Origin: an uncultured Gemmatimonadaceae bacterium
GTDB taxonomy: Bacteria; Gemmatimonadota; Gemmatimonadetes; Gemmatimonadales; Gemmatimonadaceae
Reading direction: 5' to 3'
Assembly: GCA_963751275.1 (NCBI GenBank)
Contig: CAVVTZ010000007.1
Span: forward strand, 1-64,000
Length of the DNA: 64,000 nucleotides
The notes beneath the pieces are model-generated. The model did no database searches. It saw nothing but the letters and a program-made list of their open reading frames with translations, and was not told the DNA's origin. The position numbers were made by a program, and so were the translations under genes. Shown piece after piece: positions 46,590-55,421 of this stretch. How positions within the stretch are numbered: position 1 is the first letter of the stretch; each line of letters starts with the position of its first letter.

Positions 46590-46979
46590 TTACGCGGCGA
46601 GCGCGGGCGGAGGGCCGTTGGCGAAGGGAAGGCGGGTGTCGACGCGGGAGGGCGGCACGAGGCGGGCCGCGAGCGGAACGCGCCCGGCAATGATCGTGCG
46701 CGCCTCGGGTACCGCCGCCGTGGGGGCGGGCAGGGTGAAGAACGACGCCGCGGCGCACTGCTCCAGACAGCAGCACTGATGATGCCGGTGCCCGCCGTGT
46801 CCCGAGTGCGCATCGTGGTGCGCATCGTGGTGCGCATCGTGGTGCGCCATCTCGAACGCGGCCGCCGCCAGCGGGTCGTGCAACGGACAATGGTCCATGA
46901 GGGCCCGCTCCCCGAGGGAAGCGGACATCCACAGGACCATGAGCACGGCGCTCAAGCGGCGCATCGCGGAACGGCGCAT
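46590..46979 (-). CDS. His/Cys-rich leader protein (DUF2946/CruR-like) upstream of the TonB-dependent receptor
   Basis: Hydrophobic N-terminus; HCPLH; (HHDA)x3; HQCCCLEQC; Pro/Ala-rich spacer; terminal LPFANGPPP. Start at 46979 or 46964. Confidence 0.75.
   Translation of the reverse strand: MRRSAMRRLSAVLMVLWMSASLGERALMDHCPLHDPLAAAAFEMAHHDAHHDAHHDAHSGHGGHRHHQCCCLEQCAAASFFTLPAPTAAVPEARTIIAGRVPLAARLVPPSRVDTRLPFANGPPPALAA
46806..46846. repeat. 12-bp tandem repeat x3 encoding His-His-Asp-Ala
   Basis: GTGCGCATCGTG repeated three times plus a partial copy. Confidence 0.85.
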
Positions 46980-47042
46980 GAGGCGACAATCTAACTTCCG
47001 GCCCGCATTGCGACAGCGCATCGCGCGCTCCAGACTTCCCGA

Positions 47043-47774
47043 ATGATCGAAGTCGCGTCCCTCACGAAGCGCTACGGCGAGTTCACCGCCGTGCGCAACC
47101 TGTCGTTCACGGTCGCGCCCGGCGAAGTGCTCGGGCTGGTCGGCCCGAACGGCGCGGGGAAGACCACCACGCTCCGCTCGCTCGCCGGGATCATCACGCC
47201 CACGGCGGGCCGCATCAGCATTGGCGGCTTCGACCTCGCGCAACGGCCCGAACGCGCGAAGGCGCTGCTCGCCTTCATCCCCGATGAGCCGCAGCTGTTC
47301 GACTATCTCACGGTCGAGGAGCATCTCGTCTTCACCGCGCGCGTGTACGGGGTGGCCGACGCGGCGGGGCGGATCCCGGCGCTGCTCAGCGAGCTCGAGC
47401 TGTCCGACAAGCGCGGCGCGCTCCCCGCCGAACTGTCACGCGGCATGAAGCAGAAGCTCGCCATCGCTTGCGGGCTCGTGCACGCGCCATCGGCGCTGAT
47501 CCTCGACGAGCCGCTCACCGGCCTCGATCCGGCCGGGATCCGGCGGATGCGCGCGACGATCGCCGCGCGCGCGCGCGAAGGCGCGGCGGTGCTGCTCAGC
47601 TCGCATCTCCTGCATCTCGTGGAGGAGTTGTGCACGCGCCTGCTCATCATCCAGCGTGGTGAGCGCGTCGCGATCGGCACGATCGCGGAGATCGTCGCCG
47701 GGCAGCCGCAGCTCGCGGGGCAGGGTCTCGAGGACATCTTCCTCGCGCTCACGGGCGACGGGCACGGCGGGTGA
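47043..47774 (+). CDS. ABC transporter ATP-binding protein
   Basis: GPNGAGKTT, LSRGMKQK, ILDEPLTGLD and SSH. Confidence 0.93.
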   Translation: MIEVASLTKRYGEFTAVRNLSFTVAPGEVLGLVGPNGAGKTTTLRSLAGIITPTAGRISIGGFDLAQRPERAKALLAFIPDEPQLFDYLTVEEHLVFTARVYGVADAAGRIPALLSELELSDKRGALPAELSRGMKQKLAIACGLVHAPSALILDEPLTGLDPAGIRRMRATIAARAREGAAVLLSSHLLHLVEELCTRLLIIQRGERVAIGTIAEIVAGQPQLAGQGLEDIFLALTGDGHGG

Positions 47775-49498
47775 GCGACTCCGTCGAGGCGCTGCGGTTC
47801 CTGCTGGCGCGCTCGCTGGCGAACCGCGTGCGTGTGGAAGTGCGGCGCGCGCGGTCGCCGCGCTACGCGATCGCGATCGTCATCGGCGCACTCTGGCTCT
47901 GGACCGTCCTGGGCAGCGGCGCACGCGGCGGCGCGCCGGCCCCCGCCGGCGACGTGGTCCAGTATGTCTATGAGGTGCTGATCGCGCTCACGACGGCGTG
48001 GCTCTGGGTGTTCGGAGCACCGGAACCCGCAATGACGTTCAGCCGCGCGGAAGTGCAGATGCTCTTTCCGGCCCCGATCACGCGCCGCGCGCTCATCAAT
48101 TACAAGCTCGCGCAGTCGCAGATCGCCATCCTGCTGAGCGTGCTCATCTGGAAAGTGCTGCTCGTGCGCTCAGTGGCGGGCATGCCGTTCCGCCACGCGC
48201 TCGCGCTCTGGGTGCTGTTCACCACGCTCTACCTGCATCGCGTGGGTGCGTCGTTCGTGCGCGTGAGCGCGGCGCAGCACGGTCGCGCCGGACTGCGCCG
48301 CAATTGGTTGCCACTCACGATCGCGGCAGCTGCGATCGGGGCGACGGCCTGGACGGTCTACGAAGCGATCCCCACGCTCACCGCCGCGTTGACCACCGGG
48401 GCGATCGGCAGCGCACTGCGCGCGCTGCGAGAGACGCCGGTCCTCCGCGTGGTGTTCTGGCCGTTCCATGCGCTCGTCGCTCCCGTCTTCGCGCGCACCG
48501 GCGCCGAGTGGTCGGGCAGCATCGGCTGGGCACTCCTGCTCCTGGCCGCCTCCTACGCGTGGGTCGCGCGCACCGGGGTCGCCTTCGAGGAAGCGGCCAT
48601 GCAGCGCTCCGAGCGAATGGCGGCGCAGCGCGCGGCGCGTCGTACGCGCGGCAATGTCGCGCTCCGCGCGAGCCGCATCTGGCCGCCGCTCCCGCCCAAA
48701 GGCCGGCCGGCCGCCGCCATCGCGTGGAAGGTGGTGGTCGCCTTCCAGCGGTTCGTGCCGCTCACGCGCGCCGCGCTCCTCACGTTGCTCTTCGTCGGCG
48801 TGATCCTGCTGTCGATGCCGGGTGTGCGTTTCGGCGTGCAGCTCATGGGCACGGGAATGCTCGTCGCCGCCGGGCTCCTCGCCCTCATGGGCCCGCTCTT
48901 CACGCGCACCGATCTGCAGCAGGACATGCTCATGCTGTCGCTCCTGCGCACCTATCCGCTGAGCGGCCGCACGATCGTGGCCGCCGAGATCGCCGGAACG
49001 GTGGCCGTGCTCAGCGCGGCCCAACTCGCGCTGGTCGTGGCCGGATTCGCGCTGCTCGCGCCATGGGCAATGCAATGGGTGCGCGACGTCGCTCCATCGC
49101 GCGTGGTATCCGCGGCGCCGATCGTCCTCTCCCTGCTGCTCATCACGCCGGCGGTGACGGCGCTGCGCGTCGCGGTCGCGAACGCCTGGGCCGTCCTCCT
49201 GCCCGGCTGGGTACACCTCGGGCCGGGACGCTCGGGCGGCATCGAGTCGCTCGGCCAGAATCTGTTGAGCGTCATGGGATCCATGGTCGCGCACCTGCTC
49301 CTGCTCGTCCTCCCCGTGCTCGCCGGGGCGATCGTCCTCTGGGCGCTGCGCGGGATCGTGGGACCGGCGGCGTCCATTCCCGCCGCGATCGTCGCCGCGG
49401 CGGCCGCCGGCGCGGAACTCTGGTTCATCGTCGGCTGGCTCGGCGCCGTGCTCGCGCGCACCGACCCGGCGGTCGTGGAGGCGGCTACGGCTTCGTGA
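47771..49498 (+). CDS. Putative ABC exporter membrane protein
   Basis: GTGA overlap with the ATPase gene; FSRAEVQMLFPAPITRRALINYKL; more than 10 TM segments. Confidence 0.85.
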   Translation: MSDSVEALRFLLARSLANRVRVEVRRARSPRYAIAIVIGALWLWTVLGSGARGGAPAPAGDVVQYVYEVLIALTTAWLWVFGAPEPAMTFSRAEVQMLFPAPITRRALINYKLAQSQIAILLSVLIWKVLLVRSVAGMPFRHALALWVLFTTLYLHRVGASFVRVSAAQHGRAGLRRNWLPLTIAAAAIGATAWTVYEAIPTLTAALTTGAIGSALRALRETPVLRVVFWPFHALVAPVFARTGAEWSGSIGWALLLLAASYAWVARTGVAFEEAAMQRSERMAAQRAARRTRGNVALRASRIWPPLPPKGRPAAAIAWKVVVAFQRFVPLTRAALLTLLFVGVILLSMPGVRFGVQLMGTGMLVAAGLLALMGPLFTRTDLQQDMLMLSLLRTYPLSGRTIVAAEIAGTVAVLSAAQLALVVAGFALLAPWAMQWVRDVAPSRVVSAAPIVLSLLLITPAVTALRVAVANAWAVLLPGWVHLGPGRSGGIESLGQNLLSVMGSMVAHLLLLVLPVLAGAIVLWALRGIVGPAASIPAAIVAAAAAGAELWFIVGWLGAVLARTDPAVVEAATAS

Positions 49499-49955
49499 CG
49501 ATATCCGCCTCGAGCGACCGGATGATCGCGAGCACCTCGTTCCGTTCGTCGCGCCCGATGTGAAAGTAGTCCATCGCCGCGTTCATCTCGCCGACCTCGG
49601 CCTGCCACACCGCCGGTGTGATGCCCAGGTCCTTGTGCGCTGCCTTCATGCTCGGGCCGGTGTAGATGCACGGCCCGCCGGACGCCTGGCAGAGCTGGTC
49701 GATGATCCCCTGCCGGATGCGATTCCCCTCGAGCGGCGTGAGGCCGGCGAAGAAGGGCGCGGTGATCGTGTCCTTGCCCATGCGCGCGATGAAGTTGTCC
49801 ACCAGGGCGGCGATGGCGTCGTAGCCGCCGAGCCGGACGTAGAGCGAGTTGGACTTCGGGGTGCTCGGCGTCGCGGGCGCCGAGGCGCAGCCGGCGGCGG
49901 CACCGAAACAGGCGGCGAGCACGAGCGCGCGGACGAGCGTGGTGGACCGGATCAT
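49485..49955 (-). CDS. Group I truncated hemoglobin, predicted lipoprotein
   Basis: Signal/lipobox ...AAAGC; SLYVRLGG.DAI, GGPCIYTG and M..AHKDLGIT (proximal His). Confidence 0.88.
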   Translation of the reverse strand: MIRSTTLVRALVLAACFGAAAGCASAPATPSTPKSNSLYVRLGGYDAIAALVDNFIARMGKDTITAPFFAGLTPLEGNRIRQGIIDQLCQASGGPCIYTGPSMKAAHKDLGITPAVWQAEVGEMNAAMDYFHIGRDERNEVLAIIRSLEADIVTKP

Positions 49956-50178
49956 TCGTGGATGCTCCGCTCGCGCGCCTGCCCGGATGTGGGACCGTAG
50001 ATCGACGGCGAGGCCACTCCGAGCATCCCGAGCATAAGAGAGAGTTGTCCTAATCGAACTCCATGTCCACAAGATGCGCGGTGCGGGCGCGGAGGCCAGT
50101 GCCCGCCGCCGCGGCCGGGCGATTGCGGCACCCCGGCCGTGCCCGTAACGTCCACAGCGTCGCTCTGGAGAGAGGATC

Positions 50179-50859
50179 ATGCCGGCCACCATGGTAGAGT
50201 TTCGCGCGAACGGACACACGGCGTCCGGGTATCTCTCCCTGCCGCCCTCCGGCAAGGGTCCCGCGCTGATCGTGCTGCAGGAATACTGGGGCCTCGTGCC
50301 GCATATCACGGATCTCGCGGACCGCTTCGCGAGCGCCGGGTTCGTGGCGCTCGCGCCGGACCTCTACCATGGCGAGAAGACCAAGAGCCCCGACGAGGCC
50401 GGCAAACTCTTCATGGCGCTCAATATCGATCGCGCCGGCAAGGACATGCGCGGCGCGGCGGGGTTCCTGCTCGGCCACAAAGCGGTGTCGTCGAAGAAGG
50501 CGGGGATCGTCGGATTCTGCATGGGTGGGCAACTCGCGCTCTATGCCGCGATGGAACATCCCGACCTGATTGCGGCGTGCGTGGATTTCTACGGCATTCA
50601 TCCGAACGTCAAGATCGATCCCGCGCGCGTGAAGGTGCCGGTGCTCGGCCACTTCGCCACGCGCGACAAGAGCGTCCCGGAAGCACGGGCTCGGGCGCTC
50701 GCCGCGGCGATCACCGCCGCCGGTGGTTCGTTCACGCTGCACATGTACGAGGCCGAGCACGCGTTCTTCAACGACACCCGCCCCACGGTATACAGCGAAG
50801 CGAGCGCGAAGCTGGCGTGGGAGCGAACGGTGGCGTTCTTGAAGGAGCACGTGCACTGA
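50179..50859 (+). CDS. Dienelactone hydrolase family protein
   Basis: QEYWGL, ALAPDLY, GFCMGG and HAFFNDTRP. Confidence 0.93.
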   Translation: MPATMVEFRANGHTASGYLSLPPSGKGPALIVLQEYWGLVPHITDLADRFASAGFVALAPDLYHGEKTKSPDEAGKLFMALNIDRAGKDMRGAAGFLLGHKAVSSKKAGIVGFCMGGQLALYAAMEHPDLIAACVDFYGIHPNVKIDPARVKVPVLGHFATRDKSVPEARARALAAAITAAGGSFTLHMYEAEHAFFNDTRPTVYSEASAKLAWERTVAFLKEHVH

Positions 50860-50904
50860 GACAGACTGAGACGCTGGACGTTCGATACGACCAACTCCAA
50901 TCCC

Positions 50905-52417
50905 GTGAGTGACATGCCGCATCGTGTGAAGGCGATCTTCGCGTTCCTTCTCTTGTTGACCAGCGCTGCCAGCGCACAGGGAGTACGGTACCAGCGACTG
51001 CTGATCAAGAACGCCCTGATCATCGATGGCGCGGGCAATCCGGTGCGCGGACCCTTCGACATCACCGTCGAAGGGAACACGATCGTCGCGATCACCGATC
51101 CCGCGGTGCGGGAGGGGGGCGGCAGCGCGCTCCCGGGCGCGGTGGTCACCGGCAAGCCCGACCGCGTGATCAATGCGACGGGCATGTACGTGATGCCCGG
51201 CATCATCGACGTGCACTCGCACATCCAGTTCAGCCGCGCCGGCATCGCGATGCCCAAGGATTACGAGTACAAGCTCCTGCTCGCCTGCGGCATCACCACG
51301 ATCCGCGATCCCGGCTCGCTCGAAGGGATCGACACGATCGTCGCGCACGCGAAACTCTCGGCCGACAACAAGATCGCGGCGCCCACGATCATCCCGTATG
51401 CCGTGATCGAAGCGAACACGCCCGCTGAAGGGCGCGCGATGGTGCGCCAGGTGAAGCAGAAGGGCGCGAAGGGCCTCAAGATCTTCATCCTGCGGCCGGA
51501 ATGTGTGGGCCGCGGTCTCCGAAGAGGCGAAGGCGCTCGATCTGCCGATGGCCACCGACCTCAAGATCCAGGAGACCAATGCGCTCGCGGCCACGCGCTA
51601 CGGTGTGAAGTCCATCGAGCACTGGTACGGCATCCCGGATGCCGCGATCGTCGGCAAGCAGCAGTTCCCGGACTCCTACGTCTACGACAACGAACTCGAC
51701 CGCTTCCGCTGGGCGGGCGACATCTGGCGCCAGGCGGACTCCGCGCGCCTCTCCGCCGTGCTCGACACGATGCTGGCGCACGGCGTGACGTGGGACCCGA
51801 CGTTCGCCATCTACGAGGCCAATCGCGATCTGCAGCGCGCGCGGTCACAGCCGTTCCTGAAGGACTACGCGCTGCCTGCGGTGATGGCGCAGTTCGAGCC
51901 GAGCGCCGCGCGCCATGGTTCGTACTTCTTCGACTGGACCACCGCCGACGAGGTCCGCTGGCGCAACGACTACCGGATCTGGATGCATTGGGTGCGCGAG
52001 TACGCCGCGCGCGGCGGCAACGTGACCGTCGGCTCGGACGCCGGCTTCATCTGGGAACTCTACGGATTCACCACCATTCGCGAGATGGAGCTGCAGCAGG
52101 AGGCGGGGTTCCAGCCGCTCGAGGTGATCCAGCACGCGACCTCGAATGGCGCCAAGCTGCTGGGCTTGGCGAATACCGGCGTGGTGCGCCCGGGCTTCAA
52201 GGCCGATCTGATCATCGTGGACGGGAACCCGCTGCACAACTTCAAGGTGCTCTACCCGACCGGCGTGCAGACCGCCGAAAACGGAAAGCTGGTGCAGCGT
52301 GGCGGCGTGAAAGTCACGATCAAGGACGGCATCGTATTCGATGCGCCGGCCCTCGCCGCGGAAGTGCGGGCGATGGTGCACGCGGCCCAGGCGACGGCGC
52401 CGGCGCCGAAGAACTGA
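50905..52417 (+). CDS. Exported amidohydrolase family protein (frameshift near 51500)
   Basis: MPGIIDVHSH and GITTIRDPG; continues in 51503..52417 with SIEH, GSDAG, ATSNGA and ADLIIVDGNPL. Confidence 0.88.
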
Positions 52418-52485
52418 GCGGGTGGGGACACTGGCATGCCGTGACGGATTGTAATAGATAGTGCTGGCTCACAAACCAGGGTCCC

Positions 52486-53361
52486 ATGGCACGTCTGAGA
52501 ACAAGCGCCGGAGTGGTGATTCTTGGGGTCGCGGGGCTGGCAGCCTGCCGCGCGACACCCGCGCCGGCGGCACGCAGTAGCGATCGTGTCGCATTACTGG
52601 CAGATACCACCTGGCCCGCGACGCCCATGGGAATCGCGGCGCGGCGCGGGCATGCGCTGCTCGCGCATACGCCCGATAGTCTCCCGCAATATGCGCACAG
52701 CGCCTTGCGCTGTTTCAATTGTCATCTCGATGAGGGCACGCGCCGCCACGGACTGATGTTGATCGGCGCCGCGGCGCGCTATCCCCAGTACCGCACGCGC
52801 AGCAATTCGGTGGAGACGCTCACCGACCGCGTGAACGATTGCTTCCGTCGCAGCCTGAACGGCAGCGCGCTGCCGCTCAATGGGCGCGACATGCGCGACA
52901 TCATCGCCTATCTCTCGTGGATCTCGCGCGGCGTCGGCGTGTTCGATTCGGTGCCGGGGCAGGGGCTGCCAAAGATGAAGCCGCTCAAGCCCGACACCGT
53001 GAACGGCGCCGCGATCTTCGCGACCATCTGCAGCGTGTGCCATGGCAAGGATGGGCAGGGGAGCGGGATCTATCCGCCGCTCTGGGGGCCGCGTTCCTAT
53101 AACATCGGCGCCGGCATGGTTCGCCTTTATACGCTGTCGTCGTTCGTGCGCAACAACATGCCGTTCGACAAACCCGGGTCCCTCACCGATCAGCAGGCAT
53201 TCAATGTTGCGGCGTTCGTGGCGTCCCATCCTCGCCCCGACTATGCGCCGAAGTCGGCGGATTGGCCGAATGGCGATCCGCCGCCCAATGTGGCATATCC
53301 TACTGCCGCCGCGAAGCAGAAGACCGCGGCGGCCCGCACTACCCCAAACGGCGCGCACTGA
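52486..53361 (+). CDS. tsdA: Diheme cytochrome c, thiosulfate dehydrogenase (TsdA) family, lipoprotein
   Basis: Lipobox LAAC; CFNCH and CSVCH; YPQYR; RVNDCFRRSLNG (active-site Cys); PPLWG..SYN.GAGM.R; NNMP. Confidence 0.8.
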   Translation: MARLRTSAGVVILGVAGLAACRATPAPAARSSDRVALLADTTWPATPMGIAARRGHALLAHTPDSLPQYAHSALRCFNCHLDEGTRRHGLMLIGAAARYPQYRTRSNSVETLTDRVNDCFRRSLNGSALPLNGRDMRDIIAYLSWISRGVGVFDSVPGQGLPKMKPLKPDTVNGAAIFATICSVCHGKDGQGSGIYPPLWGPRSYNIGAGMVRLYTLSSFVRNNMPFDKPGSLTDQQAFNVAAFVASHPRPDYAPKSADWPNGDPPPNVAYPTAAAKQKTAAARTTPNGAH

Positions 53362-53381
53362 TGGCGCGCAGGAGGAGACCG

Positions 53382-54065
53382 ATGCAGGATCTCGAGCTCG
53401 AGAGCACGCCGCGGCGCGGCTTTCTCGGACGTCTGGCGGCCGGAGCGATCGCACTCGCGGCAGGCGGCATGGCGACGAGCAAAGCGGGCGCGGAACCCTC
53501 GCACCCGGCCGCTGCCGGCTGGGATGAGAGTTGGCAGACGAAGATCAAGGGGAAGCACCGCCAGGTCTTCGACGGCATGGACATTAACAACGGGTTCGGG
53601 CTGGTCATGACCCGGATCTGGTTCACGACCAACAAGGAAGCCTACAACCTGAGCGAAAAGGAGCTCAGCGCCGTGGTCATCCTGCGGCACGCCGCGCTTC
53701 CCATCGCGCTCGACGATGCGATGTGGTCGAAGTACAAGCTGGGCGAAGCGTTCAACGTGACCGATCCGGCCACGAGCAAGCCCGCGGAGCGGAACGTGTT
53801 CGCGACGACGGCCGGCTTCGCGATCCCGCCGTTCGCGAGCGCGTCGGTCGAGGCACTGGTCGCGAGCGGCGCGCTGCCGTGTGCGTGCAACATGGCGCTC
53901 CAGCATTTCGCCACGGAAGCGGCGACGAAGATGAACATGGCGCCCGCGGACGTCATCAAGGAATGGCAGGGTGCACTGCTGCCCGGCGTGACGCTCGTCC
54001 CGTCAGGCGTGCTGGCCGTGGGCCGCGCGCAGGATCACGAGTGCCGGTACTGCAACGTCACCTGA
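53382..54065 (+). CDS. Tat-exported DsrE/F-like protein
   Basis: GGAGG SD; TPRRGFLG twin-arginine signal; VFD, VILRH, CACNMAL and LLPGVTLVPSGVLAVGRAQ. Confidence 0.7.
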   Translation: MQDLELESTPRRGFLGRLAAGAIALAAGGMATSKAGAEPSHPAAAGWDESWQTKIKGKHRQVFDGMDINNGFGLVMTRIWFTTNKEAYNLSEKELSAVVILRHAALPIALDDAMWSKYKLGEAFNVTDPATSKPAERNVFATTAGFAIPPFASASVEALVASGALPCACNMALQHFATEAATKMNMAPADVIKEWQGALLPGVTLVPSGVLAVGRAQDHECRYCNVT

Positions 54066-54088
54066 TGTAGGCGGCGAGCGCGATCACG

Positions 54089-54123
54089 GAACGCGGGGGC
54101 ACGCGATGCGTGCTCCCGCGTTC
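54089..54123. terminator. Hairpin between convergent genes
   Basis: GAACGCGGGGGCACGC-GAT-GCGTGCTCCCGCGTTC; 16-bp stem with one G-U pair. Confidence 0.7.
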
Positions 54124-54128
54124 TGCGT

Positions 54129-55391
54129 TCAGTCGGGGTCGACGAGTCCCGTGGGGGGCTTCGCGTTCACGCGCGCACCGAACAGGCACGCGTCGGTGTA
54201 CTTCGGCTCCGCGGACCCGCACATGCGTTCACGCTCCGCGGTGACCGGACTCAGGCTCGCGATCTCTTCGCCCACGGCTTCGTAGCAGCGCAATTTGCCG
54301 TCCTGGCTCGTCACCAGCTGGCAGAAGGCCATCCCGCTCTCGAATTTCGCATTGTCCTCCACGCGATTCTTCGCGACGCCGGCGTAACACCACGGTCGCC
54401 CGGTGGCGCTGGACTTGTCGCAGAGCGCGAGTGCCGCCGGACCGTTGCGCAGCGTGCGCCCGTTGATGTCCGTCCCGAGCCCAAGGAAGCACCAATGCAC
54501 GTACCTGGCCGGTGCGTGGTCGCATCCCTTGGCCGCGCGCCCGACATCGCCATCGTTCAGATAGAAGAGCACCGACACCTGATTCGTCCAGCACGATTCC
54601 TGGTAGCGCTCGGCGAGCTGCGAGCAGGGGTACGCCGGGTCGTTGCGGTCGATCTGCTTGTACTTGGGCTTCGCGGGATCGTGCATTCCCGGCATGTCCG
54701 CCATCGCCATCGCGACGGGCGGCTGCGTCGCGTCCATGATGTTCTCCATGAACGCGCCGCCGTAGCAGGAATCGCGGTCCCAGCGGTCGAGGAGGAGATC
54801 GCACTTCAACAGCGCGGCCGGCAGGTCGTGGTCGTAGCGCATCGTGAGCCCGTGTCCCAGCCCGTGCACGCACTGGAAGCGGAGCCATCCGTACACGCCG
54901 GCCACCGTCCACGGCGCGCAGATCGCGCGCACCGCCGTGCTGTCGTCGGTGCCGGCGCGCAGGAAGAACGCCTGGATCACCCCGTGATAGCAGCCGGACT
55001 GGAAGATCTCGCTGCACTGCGGGAAGGTGGTCTTCACATCCGGATGCGCATCGTATGCCGCGATCCCGATCGCGTGCGCGAACTCGTGTCCCGTGACGAG
55101 CACGTCGTGATCCAGCGTCGTGAGCTGCTGCAGCTCGGCGAGCGCCGCCTTCGGACCGCGCGCCGTCGCGACCGGGAGCAACTGCGCTTCGTAGCATGAG
55201 TGCTTCGTCGCCTCCGGACTCCCGCTGCATTTCTGGAAGGCCAGCTCGGCGGCCTTCGCTGAGTCGCGGGGCGGGAGCGCGCTGAACGACGGCCAATGCT
55301 TCGGCAGCGCCACCGGGTGGAGGAGCGTGCCGGCGGCGAATCCGGCGACCGCGAGTCCAAGGGTGCTCCACACGAATGCAGAACGGGTCAT
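54129..55391 (-). CDS. Exported Cys/His-rich helical repeat protein, unknown function
   Basis: N-terminal anchor; 18 Cys in regularly spaced pairs; HEFAHAIG, GCYHG, CVHGLGHG and CYGGAFME. Confidence 0.8.
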   Translation of the reverse strand: MTRSAFVWSTLGLAVAGFAAGTLLHPVALPKHWPSFSALPPRDSAKAAELAFQKCSGSPEATKHSCYEAQLLPVATARGPKAALAELQQLTTLDHDVLVTGHEFAHAIGIAAYDAHPDVKTTFPQCSEIFQSGCYHGVIQAFFLRAGTDDSTAVRAICAPWTVAGVYGWLRFQCVHGLGHGLTMRYDHDLPAALLKCDLLLDRWDRDSCYGGAFMENIMDATQPPVAMAMADMPGMHDPAKPKYKQIDRNDPAYPCSQLAERYQESCWTNQVSVLFYLNDGDVGRAAKGCDHAPARYVHWCFLGLGTDINGRTLRNGPAALALCDKSSATGRPWCYAGVAKNRVEDNAKFESGMAFCQLVTSQDGKLRCYEAVGEEIASLSPVTAERERMCGSAEPKYTDACLFGARVNAKPPTGLVDPD

Positions 55392-55421
55392 GCTGTGAGG
55401 ACGAGCATGCCTGCCCGCAAG

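Noticed and set aside
46521..47042. Cobalamin or other riboswitch upstream of the TonB-dependent receptor
   Set aside because: No B12-box or other aptamer consensus was seen; the space is occupied by a credible leader ORF.
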